A DNA stretch of 64,000 bases, from NCBI RefSeq assembly GCF_036365525.1, contig NC_090390.1, positions 63,179,559 to 63,243,558 of the forward strand, written 5' to 3'. This stretch comes from Heterodontus francisci (Eukaryota). A program made the position numbers and the translations under genes. The stretch's first letter is position 1; each line of letters starts with the position of its first letter. The notes under the pieces were generated by a model. It was given only the letters and a program-made list of their open reading frames with translations. It was not told the DNA's origin and searched no databases. This document shows positions 1-11,859 of this stretch, piece by piece.

Positions 1-515
1 GATACATTACATATAAGTGAATCTGATCCACGCAGTACTTACATGTGAACAATACTTAATTCATGTAGCCCGGAAGATTAGCAGTAATAATGCAATATTT
101 GCAATTACATTTGCTACTGTAAACTGATTCCGACTGTATTTCAAACAACACATATTACACAATATGCCAAATCGCATGAGTGCTACAAAGCATAATTCAC
201 TTAGAGTCACTGCATCATATAATGAATGGCAGAAGTCAACATCTAAAACTATGCAAGAGTGTCTTCTTACATAAAATTACTGTCTTTAAAGTGTTTTATA
301 GCTCCAAACAATTGTATTTTGTACAGGCGTAGAGTGTTATCACTAGAAAATCACACATACCATGCAATGGTTCCGAGTCGCCCTACTTAACCATTAACAC
401 TATTATCGACATAGAATGGTATTTGCACTGGAATCAAAACTAGTTACCAAGCAAAAGTACCACAATAGTGAATTTAAAGATGAATTTGAAGCTTGGTACT
501 TTTATTTCTACTTAC

Positions 516-623
516 ATCACTTGCCAAGCTTCCAACTTTCATACAATGTAGTGTTCGGCTGTCCATACCAATTCCTTCATAGTGGCCTTTCACTTGGTTT
601 TGGTAAGTTTCTTTGTATTTGAG
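516..623 (-). CDS. NRAP: NRAP nebulin-repeat exon (human exon 13 equivalent); gene continues beyond window start
   Basis: 108 nt, cag|LKYKETYQNQVKGHYEGIGMDSRTLHCMKVGSLASD|gtaagt. Confidence 0.95.
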
Positions 624-1096
624 CTGCACAGGAAATAGAACAAGTTAATTCATTTCATTTTCCCTTTAGGAATTACCTAAACAGCATAAATTGCTTGGGT
701 CTTTATTTAATTGCTTTTTATCTTTGGAAATGCAACAAATACAGTATATAGCACCACTTATGCTAACTTTACTTGAACTGTATAAGTTAAATTTCAGTGC
801 CAGGGAGGTTGTTTCACAATAATTAAGACTTATCGCTCTGTTAAAAATTCACTTACATTTGAATTAACAAGCCCTAACTTTTTCTGGCATGTTTAGTGGG
901 TATCTAGTGGGCAAGTACCACAAATTCACACCCTTCCATGAATGCCAAGTTTCTCGGCTCGTTTAACACAGCTTCTGAAAGTAGCTGTCCGATTTACTCC
1001 CTAATATAAGCACAGATAGCTTCTCCGTTACTTCAACCGCAAAATCTGGCCACGTCTGACCAAAGTAGAGGCATCTGACTGAATTGTAACCTCTGT

Positions 1097-1445
1097 CAGT
1101 TCAGTTCAGTTCAGAGATACAGCACTGAAACAGGCCCTTCAGCCCACCAAGTCTGTGCCGACCATCAACCATCCATTTATACTAATCCTACACTAATCCC
1201 ATATTCCTACCACATCCCCACCTGTCCCTATATTTCCCTACCACCTACCTATACTCGGGGCAATTTATAATGGCCAATTTACCTACCAACCTGCAAGTCT
1301 TTTGGCTTGTGGGAGGAAACCGGAGCACCCGGAGAAAACCCACGCAGACACAGGGAGAACTTGCAAACTCCACACAGGCAGTACCCAGAATTGAACCCGG
1401 GTCGCTGGAGCTGTGAGGCTGCAGTGCTAACCACTGCGCCGCCCC
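1097..1445 (-). mobile_element. tRNA-derived V-SINE (HE1-like)
   Basis: A and B boxes (GGCGCAGTGG, GGTTCAATTC), V-domain GTGGGTTTTCTCCGGGTGCTCCGGTTTCCTCCCAC, (CTGAA)n tail. Confidence 0.9.
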
Positions 1446-1924
1446 ATATAATCATTGGAGGAAAGCCAAAAAATACAAGTGACAGTCACAATAAAAGATG
1501 GGAGGTTTAATCTAGGGTAGGAGTATTGGTGAAAATATTAGATACACCATTTTTGTGTGGAATATCAAATTTAAGTCAATGAATAAATGCGAATCTTTAT
1601 ATTTCCATGTTATCTTTCAGGAAGCCAGTTGGTGAAGCATAGAATTGGAGCCAATCTTTACACAATTTTATAAGCATTTATTTACAGAGTTACACATTAC
1701 AAACATGCACCTCCTCACCCAACAACCACAGTTTCAATCTGTGTCTATTTATAGGGGCACATGTGAATCCCCAGTTAGTGTCCACCACCTGCGCACAATT
1801 AATATACAATTCACAATTACTACTAAATAAAAATGTAATTATCAACCTATCAAACTGAATTAATATTAGTCTCAGCACCAAACGATTTTAGCCCTTAAAC
1901 CAACACAAAGTTGAGATGACTCAC

Positions 1925-2029
1925 ATCACTAGTAAATTTAGACATCTTTGCAATATTCTTGAATTGAGGTGTCTCGCAGTAGTTAATGCTGTAACCTTTA
2001 GCTCTGTCTAGGTCCTTCTTGTACTCTAT
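1925..2029 (-). CDS. NRAP: NRAP nebulin-repeat exon (human exon 12 equivalent)
   Basis: 105 nt, cag|IEYKKDLDRAKGYSINYCETPQFKNIAKMSKFTSD|gtgagt. Confidence 0.95.
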
Positions 2030-2089
2030 CTGAAAAAGTTATAAATAAAATAGTTAAGTAACAGGAATATAAAAAATGATCAGGTCATT

Positions 2090-4340
2090 GGGCAGAATTT
2101 TCCCAGCACAGTGGAGGCGGGTTACGGCGTGTGCTGGGTGCAAAAATCCCTGAAATTGATGTCAGGTCGGGATCCCAACATCATCGCACCATCTTCTGGC
2201 TGTCCCCAGGGTGGGATTGAAGGACAGCATAAACACCCTTGGATCTGTAAGGTGTGTAATTAAGAAGTGGTTGGCATAGTTAGGAAGTCAATTAAGACCT
2301 GCTTTACACAGGAACATACGAAACAGGAGCAGGAGTAGGCCATTCGGCCCCGCTCCACCATTCAACTAGATCATGGCCGATCTACTATCTCAACGTCATT
2401 TTCCTGCACTATCCCCATATCCCTTCATAGCTTTAATATCTAGAAATCTATCAAGTTCTGTCTTGAACATACTCAATGACTAAGCCTCCACAGCCCTTTG
2501 GGGGTAGAGAATTCCAACGATTCACCAACCTGTGAAGAAATTCCTCCTCATCTCAGTCCTAAATGGCTTACCTCTTATTCTGAGCTTGTGTCCCCTGGTT
2601 CTAGCATCCCCCCCCCAAATCAGGAGAAACATACTTCCTGCGTGAACCTTGTCAAGCCCTGTAAGAATTTCTTATGCTTCAATGAGTTCACTTCTTATTC
2701 TTCTAAAGTCTAGAGAATATGGGCCCAGTCTCCTCAATATGTCCTCATAGGACAATCCCGCCATCCCAGGAATTAGTCTGGTGAACCTTCGGTGCACTCC
2801 CTCTATGGCAAATATATCCTTCCTTAGGTAAGGAGACAAAGCTGTACACAATACTCCAGGTGTGGTCTCGCTAAAGCTCTATACAATTGCATCAAGACTT
2901 CTTGACTCCTGTTTTAACACTGAATCCTGAATTTCCCAGCCAGGGGACCTGTTTGCCCACCTGTCAGCAACTCGCCAGGGTCACCAAGGCGAATGCACAG
3001 TGATAGGAGCTTCTTCAGTGAAACTGACAAGCTTCGAAGGCTTTGATCAGTTACACTGAAGAGCTCCAGCCATGGCCATTGAGTGATTAAAGCCCATCTC
3101 CTCTCAGAGAGTGCTTTCAAAGCTTGACAGGTGATTGCCAATTTCTTGGAAGCCACCTCACCTGTCCTACACTTCACACACCTTTAGTTGCACTTACCTG
3201 CTGCCAGCCTTCAACACTGCATGGGAGCAGCTTACACAGGGGCAGAAGCACCAACTGCCTTCTCCTCAGTCGCATGCCCCTCCACAGGGCAGATGGGATG
3301 GGCTCCACAATCCAGCTGGAAGGTGCAGGACCTCCAACACAGGGTCTACAAGCAGATGATCAGTTCCCTCGACATGTCTGAGCTGCAGTGCCTCAGGGGT
3401 TCACAGCAAGTTGCTGCTGACATTTGCAGTCACCCGGAATATGACCTCCTTTCCAGTGGAGCAGGTGGGCATGCATTGTCAATGGCCGTTACAGTGCTCG
3501 TCACTGGAGGGCAACAACACCACCATACCACTTCAACCCCCAGGTCTCTGCCTCTCACTAAGTTCTGTGCTCTCCACCACAAGGAGAGAAAACAGAGAGG
3601 TGTGAGTATTCATAATGGCTTGTGTGGAGGAGGAAAGGGCATCAGTTGCGGAGGGTGACTGTAAGGCATGGGTGCAAGAGTGCAATAGGCTGAGGTTAAG
3701 TGTTAGTGTTGACTGTTCAGATGGGGATGTGAGGTACATGCAGGGACAGGAATAAGTGGAGCTGCAAGGTGTGTTGCCCTGATGAGTGATGTGCGGGAAA
3801 ACGCTGGGCAAGTCAAAGTGTGGGGCTTGGCAGCTGAGAATGTTATGTCATTCCCTGTCTTGCCCTCCTGAGGTGGTGGATCCTCTTGGTGCGCAGTCTC
3901 CAAGTTGGAGGGAACACACTTTTGCTGCTGATTTCCTCGGCCACTTCCATCCACAGGGCGGAGGGGGGAGGGGGGTTGCCTACCCAGGTGATCTCTCCAT
4001 TCCTGTGGTTGCTGCCGCCTGAAAAATCCAAGTCCTGGTGAGCTTTTCTGAAACATGTCGTGGTTCCTTTCATTTATAAATCCTTCCTTTGACAGAATGG
4101 TTGGGGAGCCCGGAGAAGGGATGACCATCAGCTTGCTCTCGTAAAGAGCAACGGCTGGGCACGCAGATCAGTGAGCCAGGTTTCCGACCCAAAAATGGTC
4201 AAGTAGGGACTAACTGCATTATTAATGCAGGCAGATGAGATTAGTTTAGATAGGCATTATGATCGGCATGGACACGGTGGGCCGTAGGGCCTGTTTCTAT
4301 GCTGTACGACTATGACTCTATAATGTGAGAAGATTCTCCC
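2090..4340 (-). mobile_element. Degenerate Harbinger-type DNA element with Myb/SANT remnant, containing nested CR1 3' fragments
   Basis: Ends GGGCAGAATTTT ... AAGATTCTCCC; minus-strand WMEVAEEISSKSVFPPTWRLRTKRIHHLRR; CR1 3' end at about 2310-2912 (-) and tail at 4222-4321 (+). Confidence 0.6.
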
Positions 4341-5708
4341 ATAAGAATATTTCTCATACTTTATGAATAAAAATAGAGTTGTGATTTTCCTGACATTATA
4401 AATAAGTGTACCTTTTGTAAATAGAATAAGACTATTTTTTTCAAAAATCTAGTTTCCATAACCTTTCTGGACATTTTGTAAGAAATGTCAGTGTGCACTT
4501 CAGTTTAATGGTAATTGGGGAATAATTGCTGCATGAATGTTTGTACTTTCTTCACGCAATATGACTTGAACTGTATTTTCTTCCAGTTGGTTATTTATTA
4601 TTTCTACCCTCCTCCAAGTTGCTTGCACACCATGGGCTCTTACACAACTGATTAGCTGAGCAGCCAAATTGGGCAAATGCCTCTGGCAATACCACTGTTG
4701 AGCTGGTCCTATAAGGTGAACAAGAGAGGTTAGGGTCACTGGCCTTAAATTTCTCTTTTCTCCCATGAGGAAGCAGCTGCCATTCTAAGAAAATTGCAAG
4801 AGTCTTGTTATATGCAGTGTCTGCCATAGATTTGTGAACTAATAGCATGTAATTGTTTGCCAAACTCAGGAACTATAAATCAAAATAAGTTAACTATTTT
4901 GGCCCAGGTACCACCATTGGTTCCTTGGGAAGATAAAAGGTATTTCATTGTTTCTTCCTTTAAATATATGGCATTCTTTCATCATAAATAATTATTATTA
5001 TTTTAAAAATCATCCATTTCTCAAATGTTCTTCTGAAGGGTTGAGACTCCACACTTATAAAATTAGTTTTTCAGGGCCAGAGAGGTTGTTCAACAGTAAT
5101 TATGACTTGGTATGCCATGAAAAACTCAGTTACTCCTGATAGAACAAGGCTTACCATTTACATTGGTTTTCACAGGGAAAATAGTGCGTAAAAAAGTTGA
5201 ATTTCACATCAAAACACTGATTCCATTTTGATTACATCTACAACAGTGCAGCCTGTGGAAGAGCAGAGTACCACTGACAGAAATTTCTGAATTTCCGCAT
5301 TTAACTGCGCATCCCAGGCCATAGAATCTTATATATTATGTTTGCTAGAAATAAAGATTAAAATTACAGAGATAAAAGCATAACGTACGAGTAATTCTGG
5401 CGCACATTGCTATTATTAACAACAGAAGGAAATGTTTACATGGGGGTTAGAGTTTCACATTCATAATCAACGGGTAGAAAATCCAGTAATATACATACAC
5501 CCAATAAAATCATGCTGTTTAATGTAAATACCAGATCACACTGTAAACCATTTTATTTTTAATTCATTCACAACAAATCAATAAAACTGTAAAATGTTCA
5601 TCCTTTAAAGAAAGACAATGAATTTGGTTGAAAATTTTAAACACTTTGTTCAAGGTTCTCACCAGTAGTTGTAAGAATGGTTTTCACAATTAATTACAAT
5701 TCCTTTAC

Positions 5709-5825
5709 CTCACTGACAAGCTTGTTAACTTCCTGGGCACGCTTCATCGTTAAGTTCTCTTCAGCAGATAGTGTGTGGTATTGGGCTGTGCCTTTCATCT
5801 TTGTAAGGTCTTTTTTGTATTTTAT
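5709..5825 (-). CDS. NRAP: NRAP nebulin-repeat exon (human exon 11 equivalent)
   Basis: 117 nt, cag|IKYKKDLTKMKGTAQYHTLSAEENLTMKRAQEVNKLVSE|gtaaag. Confidence 0.95.
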
Positions 5826-6199
5826 CTGTAATCATAAAACAATTTGGCTCTTAAGAGGGGTATTGATTAAAGTGATATCAGCTATAGATTATAGAAGATA
5901 ACAAGAAGATATCAAGAATAAGGAAAGCAAAGAATATATATATTACATATATAAATACATATTTTAGCAAAGGCAGTAGGAAAGATTTTGTTTCAGACTT
6001 TAAAAAAGGGTACAATATCAGAGATATAGAGAAGACTAGGTAAGGGAAAATTTTTGATGGCACTAGTGTTAACAGATATAAATGAATGAGAATTGAAGCC
6101 AGATAAATGACCAGGCCCAAGTATAGTAAAATAAACAAGGAAATTAGGGATAATTAGTTATTAACTTCCAAAGCTCATGCATTTGGAGGTAACATCAGA

Positions 6200-6975
6200 T
6201 AATTTGAAGGTAGCAAACATTATACCATTACTCAAAAAAAGAGGAAGGGCAAACCAACTGTACAGACCAGTGAGTTAACACATTAGGAAAAATTGCAAGA
6301 ATCCATGATCAGGGACAAAGCAAATGAAGAGTTGAAAAGTGTAAACTTGTTAAGGAGAGTTAAGATGGTTTTGTGAAAGGGAGGTCATGTCCAACTAACC
6401 TAGTAGTATTTTTGGACAGAGTAACTGAAGTGGTATATAGAGGCACTTCAACAGATGCAGGATTTTCAGAAGACATTTGATAAAGTGCAACATAACAGAT
6501 TGCCAAACAAAACTGAAGCACACGGAATTTATGTAATTTCATGGCATGGAAACTGATTGGGAGTCAGAAGAGACCAAGTGGACATTCTCAGATGGGAAGG
6601 CCACAACAAGTGGGACATGACTCCAGTTTTCCATTATATGGGCATAACTTTGCAAAAGCTGCTTTCAAAAGTTCAGTTTCCTTTTTTCATGTCAAACATT
6701 TCTTTGCTTCACAACAATCTTTTTCATGTTTTACAAAGCCCAAGGACATCCAAGTTTAGTGTTGTCTCCAAACATGAACACCCCTCTATTTCCAATCCTT
6801 CTTCACTCAGAGGGTCGTGAATCTTTGGAATTCCATACTTGCTAAGATTGTGGTTGCACCATTGTTGAGTTTATTCAAGGCTGAAATAGGTAGATTGATC
6901 GTTGGTGTCTCAGGGAATCAAGGGATAGAGGGAGCGGGTGGGAAAGTGCAGTTGAGACAGAAGATCAGCTGTCCA
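6200..6975 (+). mobile_element. Old CR1 LINE fragments
   Basis: Decayed YRPVSLT, GFVKGRSCPTNL and DFQKTFDKV motifs, plus CR1 3' region. Confidence 0.6.
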
Positions 6976-7347
6976 CCCTATGGGTTCCACCAGTCTCCCA
7001 CTAGAATTACAATGGGAGATGAGGCAAGTCCTCATGAAATTTCAGGGCCATGGTTTCTATGGGAAAGCGTCAATTCCAAGAGTGTGGGGAAATAATCTGC
7101 TTCCAATGTTGCCTTCAATTGTCAGGAAGGATGCAAAAGTAATCTTCCAACCACCCCTTGGAAATTCCCTACACTAATGTGGCTGAGATTGGGAACCTAG
7201 TGTTGGTAATCATAGACACAAATTCATATCAGCTTCAGAGCAGCTGTCTATCAATTTCTGAGCATGCCATCTAATTCTGGAGTATTTTCATTTTCGCCCC
7301 ACAGCAGTATCTCAATGAAACATTTGTTTATTTCCTCTGATACTTAC

Positions 7348-7455
7348 ATCACTTGCCAGTTCATTAGCTCTCTTGGCATTGTAGTATGCTGGTGTGATCA
7401 TAGCAGGGAAACTGCCTTTCCCTCTGGTTTCCTCATAATCAGCAGAGTACTCAGG
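7348..7455 (-). CDS. NRAP: NRAP nebulin-repeat exon (human exon 10 equivalent)
   Basis: 108 nt, tag|PEYSADYEETRGKGSFPAMITPAYYNAKRANELASD|gtaagt; RGKGSFPAMITPAY is an NRAP hallmark. Confidence 0.95.
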
Positions 7456-7583
7456 CTACAGAAGTAGGAGAATTATAGCAATCAAAAATAAAATATTCCT
7501 ATTTGGAAGGTTATATTTAAGGATTATATTATCTGGCACTTCACTGAGAGACTGAAAATCAACCTAATAATAAAAAAGCCATA

Positions 7584-8336
7584 GGGCTGGAATTTACTAA
7601 ACCCTCCAGGCGTGATCCGTGGCGGGGGGCCCAACCCGACCCTCCGGATGATGCCCGCCACAGACCTTGTCGCTGGGAGGGCCCAGCCCGATCCTCCTGG
7701 CAACGGCGAGGCTCCGGGGCAGCCCACCTGCTGCTGGGCGACAGGACCACAATTTAAATATGCAAATGAATAAAATGAATGAAGTTACATACACTTACCT
7801 CCAATCTTCCAGGTACTCCCGTGCCTTGAGATCCCCGTATGGGGAAATGCGGCACCACACTGTTGGGGAGGGGCGAGGAGGTATGTGGTCAGTGCTGGGG
7901 AGGGAAAACGGGGTCAAATAAATGTAATGGGTGTATAGGATGGTGGGAAGGGATGAACCTTAAACTTTCTGCGGGGGTGGGGGTGAAATATTAAAGCTAA
8001 GTGTTTTAGGGGGAGGGAAAATAGTTATTGTAATTGTTATTGGGATGGTGGGAAAGAGGTGTTAGATATTTATTTCTTAAATTTGGAGAGGTTAGGACTT
8101 TAAAAACTTAAATTAGGCAGCAGGGCTGGCTGCCCTTTAAAAAGGGCGCCAGCACGGGCACACAGGCAGCTGACACCATTGCTGGGGTCAGACAGCCTGC
8201 CCCCTCCACGAGATTTGGAGGGGTGCGCGGGCCGCCCCAGCTAGTTAAATGAGCCGCCGCGCTTGAGATTGCGGTGGCTCTTTGGTGTGCAGCCCGCACT
8301 TTTTGAGCTCGCCACCGGGCTCTTAAAATCCAGCCC
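7584..8336. mobile_element. Non-autonomous Harbinger-like DNA transposon (MITE)
   Basis: TIRs GGGCTGGAATTTA / TAAAATCCAGCCC (12 of 13 match); 3-bp TSD ATA on both sides; CpG-rich. Confidence 0.85.
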
Positions 8337-8815
8337 ATAAAAACTATTAAAACATGTTGCACATAATCAGAATCTTATAACTCCCACCTAGGTATTTATT
8401 CTCATAAATATGGAAACCTGGCATAGCTCAATGAAAGGCCTTGGCTGTTTCTCATAACAGCTGTAATGGCTAGTTCTTATTGAATCAGCAATCCTACTGA
8501 AAGTTCTTAGGAGCTCAGACCGAGTTCATTTACTGACTTCCCACTCCTGACGGGGAGATCATGTGCACTATGTACTCTAATTTCTGACCCTTCAAAATAT
8601 AATTGGGAGATTATGCATGGCCTGGATCAGAACTTGCAATGTGCACTCTTGATGGGGGAAACTCCCCACTCGAAGCCAAAGATGGAAAATTTCTCCTTGC
8701 ACGTGCTTCTCTCTGAAATAGATTTGGGCAGCTTTGCATCATGAGACAAATGTCACAGTGTCAAATTAAACTGAAGAGTTCTGAGACTTTGAGTGCAGGA
8801 TATTATAAACTCTTG

Positions 8816-9446
8816 GGTAGAAATTCATCAGCATCTGGTTTTAGATGCAAAGGCAGCATCGTAACCACAATGCATGCCTGAAACAGAAGGCCCAAGGCCA
8901 GCCCAACATTGTTAGTTAATTATTAATTGGGCGAGCTGCCAGTTCCTGTTGCATCTCCACAGACAGTTCGCCCATCTGAAGAAATTAATATCAGCCGCTT
9001 GCCTCACTGATCTGCAAGCAATGGCGAGTCCCAGCGTGGGGTGGAGGGAGACAGACGGAGTAGCAGTGCAAGGGTTGAGTGAGGCAAATAGAATAGAGTC
9101 AGGGGAACACTCCTGCTTCTCTGGCCAATGATTTTTTTTTTATATGTACCTTTTTGTGGCAGTCACTGCTTAGGCTACAGCAGCTGTTTACTAATCTAGA
9201 GCAGAGCAAGCCCAGCTCCTGCTGCACTCTGCAATATCCAATTTGGCAGAGGCAGCCTAAAATAGCTGGGTCGGAGTCTTATTTTAGGAGGCTGTCAGGA
9301 ACACCTGAAAAATGGCCAAATCCAATATTGGGTTAGACATATTTTGAACGTCCTTCAAAGGCAGGATGTTAGCCCCTGAAATTGGGTCTTGTTGCACCCA
9401 TTTTTTTACCAGCTAAACAAGCTCACCAAGGTTCAATTTCTACTGC
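8816..9446. mobile_element. Degenerate MITE
   Basis: Ends GGGTAGAAATT ... AATTTCTAC. Confidence 0.4.
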
Positions 9447-9835
9447 TTTGTTTTAATAACTAAATATTCAAACAGAAGTCTTCCTCACTGAAGTCTATAT
9501 ATAACTGTGTGACTTACAAAATGTTATTTTTAGCTGGAGAGGGATGGGTACAAGCAGCCTATGTATATAGGATGACTCTTGTACAGAATGGATACTGATG
9601 TAAACTGAAACTAATTTAATCTCCCACTAAGGAGGGGTGTGAGACAGAATAGCAAGAAAAACATTAATTTTAAACATCAATTTAAAATATTATTACTGTT
9701 GATTAATGCTTCACTTATATTTTATTAACTATCTGATAAGGAATCACCAGGTAAATAATTCAACAATTCAGGTGACAAAGTGAGTATCAAGACAGCTATT
9801 TCAGCAGCCATATTGCCTTTTGCTATTTAACCAAC

Positions 9836-9940
9836 CTGACTGTATTTCACCGAATTCTCTCTTGTCATGGCAACTTGAGCACCAGCCGCTTGGCTCCATT
9901 TTCCCTTAATGTTCTTCTCATATTCTTCATGATATTTAAG
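9836..9940 (-). CDS. NRAP: NRAP nebulin-repeat exon (human exon 9 equivalent)
   Basis: 105 nt, cag|LKYHEEYEKNIKGKWSQAAGAQVAMTRENSVKYSQ|gttggt. Confidence 0.85.
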
Positions 9941-11454
9941 CTGACATACAAAATTCAAAAGAAAATGAGCAAAAACATGCAATGTTAAAATTTTTTTAAT
10001 TACATTTTTGGTGGCAGACTCCAGCGGTCTCTTTAAGGACTGTTGGTTTGGTACCTGATACCTGAAAATACTGTCCACAATGTGCATAATGCAATGAGCA
10101 ACCAGGCTAAATCCAAGTTGGGATAGGGGCCTGACTGGCACAGGCAATGGGCTTACTGCCTGTTTCAGGCGGGCACCCTGGATGAATATGGCCTGAGGTA
10201 TATTTCCAGCGTGGACTGAGCATACCAATGCTGCATGCCATAATAAACCCTTCAGTGGCATTTCCTGCTTGAGATACACATGCTCCATAATCAAATTTCT
10301 GGGCTACCTTCCCCTAAATATAAATGTACAATACTGTGGCCGGAATTTTAGGCCCCCCAAAACAGCAGGCTGGTGGCGGAGGGGGGGGTGGGGCGTAAAG
10401 TGGAGTGGGAAGCTCTCCTAAATGGTGCTAAAGGTGTTAAAAAAGATGTGTCTAAGCAATAGTAAGATTACCAAATATGGGTATATGAGTAACCAGCTGT
10501 ATCAGTTCTGTATGAAACTGTTGTATAAATAACTGCTGTAACTGAAGATTTTCTGAGAGACTTTGGTACACTGAAGGCTCTCCCCTGCATGCTTGCAATA
10601 AAGATTTCCTGATTTCAACTCACTCTTGACTCGGAAGTGGTTTTGGCCCACAACACTGTCACAACATTCACAATCTTAAAAAGCTAGCTTTGAACTACTG
10701 AGTACACCTCAACAGAGCTGATATTTTTTAAACTTTTGTTTTTCTATAAAACGAATTACTAATAATTGCCTATTTAATTGGACAGAGAAAAAAAAATTAC
10801 AAATTCTGCAGTCTAAATTTTTACTCTAGTATAGTCCTGATTTTAAATGTACATGTATTAGTAACCCAGAATGTAATAATGATACAATATATAATCTACA
10901 GTTCCTGAATAACAGTCACAATCTGGACAACCTCAGATTGACATAAACCATAGCATTATGATGGTCAACTGCCAAAGCCAGAAAAGATTCCTGAAAACAG
11001 TGTTAGAAAGCAGCTACTAACAATTCCTAGAATTACAAAGTGCATTCCCAGGGAGTGAGCTAAGCATTGTCACTGTTGCTGCAGATTATTGATTTAAGGT
11101 GGTTCAAAGCTCTGGTTATCATTGGGCACATGTTGGTTAACATCAGCAAAGAACCAAATTGGACAGCTGATTCTTGTTTACATATTTTTTAAAGTTTGTT
11201 TTGCATTGGTTGCAATTAAATTGCAGCTATATTGAAGGTAAAGAGCAATGAAAGGGGACAATTTTTGTCTCATTATACCTTGGGAAGCACTTTGGGATGT
11301 TTTGCTATGTTAAAGGTGCATTAGAAATGTAAGTCTTCACTGGTGTTGTTGCTCACACCATGTGCTCGAATTCAATGTCAGTCAGCAAACGTAACTCTGT
11401 ACTAACATGCAGGGTTATAGAAAAACTGCTGTACAACTAGCCCAAAACACCAAA

Positions 11455-11855
11455 TGGCTACATTTATATATATATATATAAATATCCTTTAATGTACAAA
11501 ATACAATACCAGGCAGTTCACAGAGGCTTAGTCAGAAGAAAATGGACACTGAACCAAAGGAGGAGATAATAAGAGGGATTACCAAAAGCTTGATCAAAGA
11601 GGTGGGTTATAAGGATGTTCTTAAAGGAGGAGAGGGAGGTGGAGAGACATGGCCTCAGGTGAAGAATTCCAGAACATGGGGCCTAGATGGCTGAAGACAT
11701 GACCGCCAATGGTGAGGTGATCAGGGTTGGTTGGAGTGGGGGTGCAGGGGGATGCACAAGAGCCAAGACTTAAATCAATGGAGAGATCAGGTTAGGGTTG
11801 CAGGGCTAGATGAGGTAAAAAAAAAATAGAGGGGGGGGACAAGGCCATGAAGGTC
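11455..11855 (-). mobile_element. L2 LINE 3' fragment
   Basis: Reverse complement resembles the L2 3' end at 33400-33780. Confidence 0.6.
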
Positions 11856-11859
11856 ATCT

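Noticed and set aside
37-150. Possible further NRAP exon ending at a gtaagt donor (37-42)
   Set aside because: In-frame TGA seven codons upstream and no nebulin motif
5878-6138. Hydrophobic 86-aa ORF resembling a membrane protein
   Set aside because: Antisense of A-rich decayed CR1-like sequence; composition artefact
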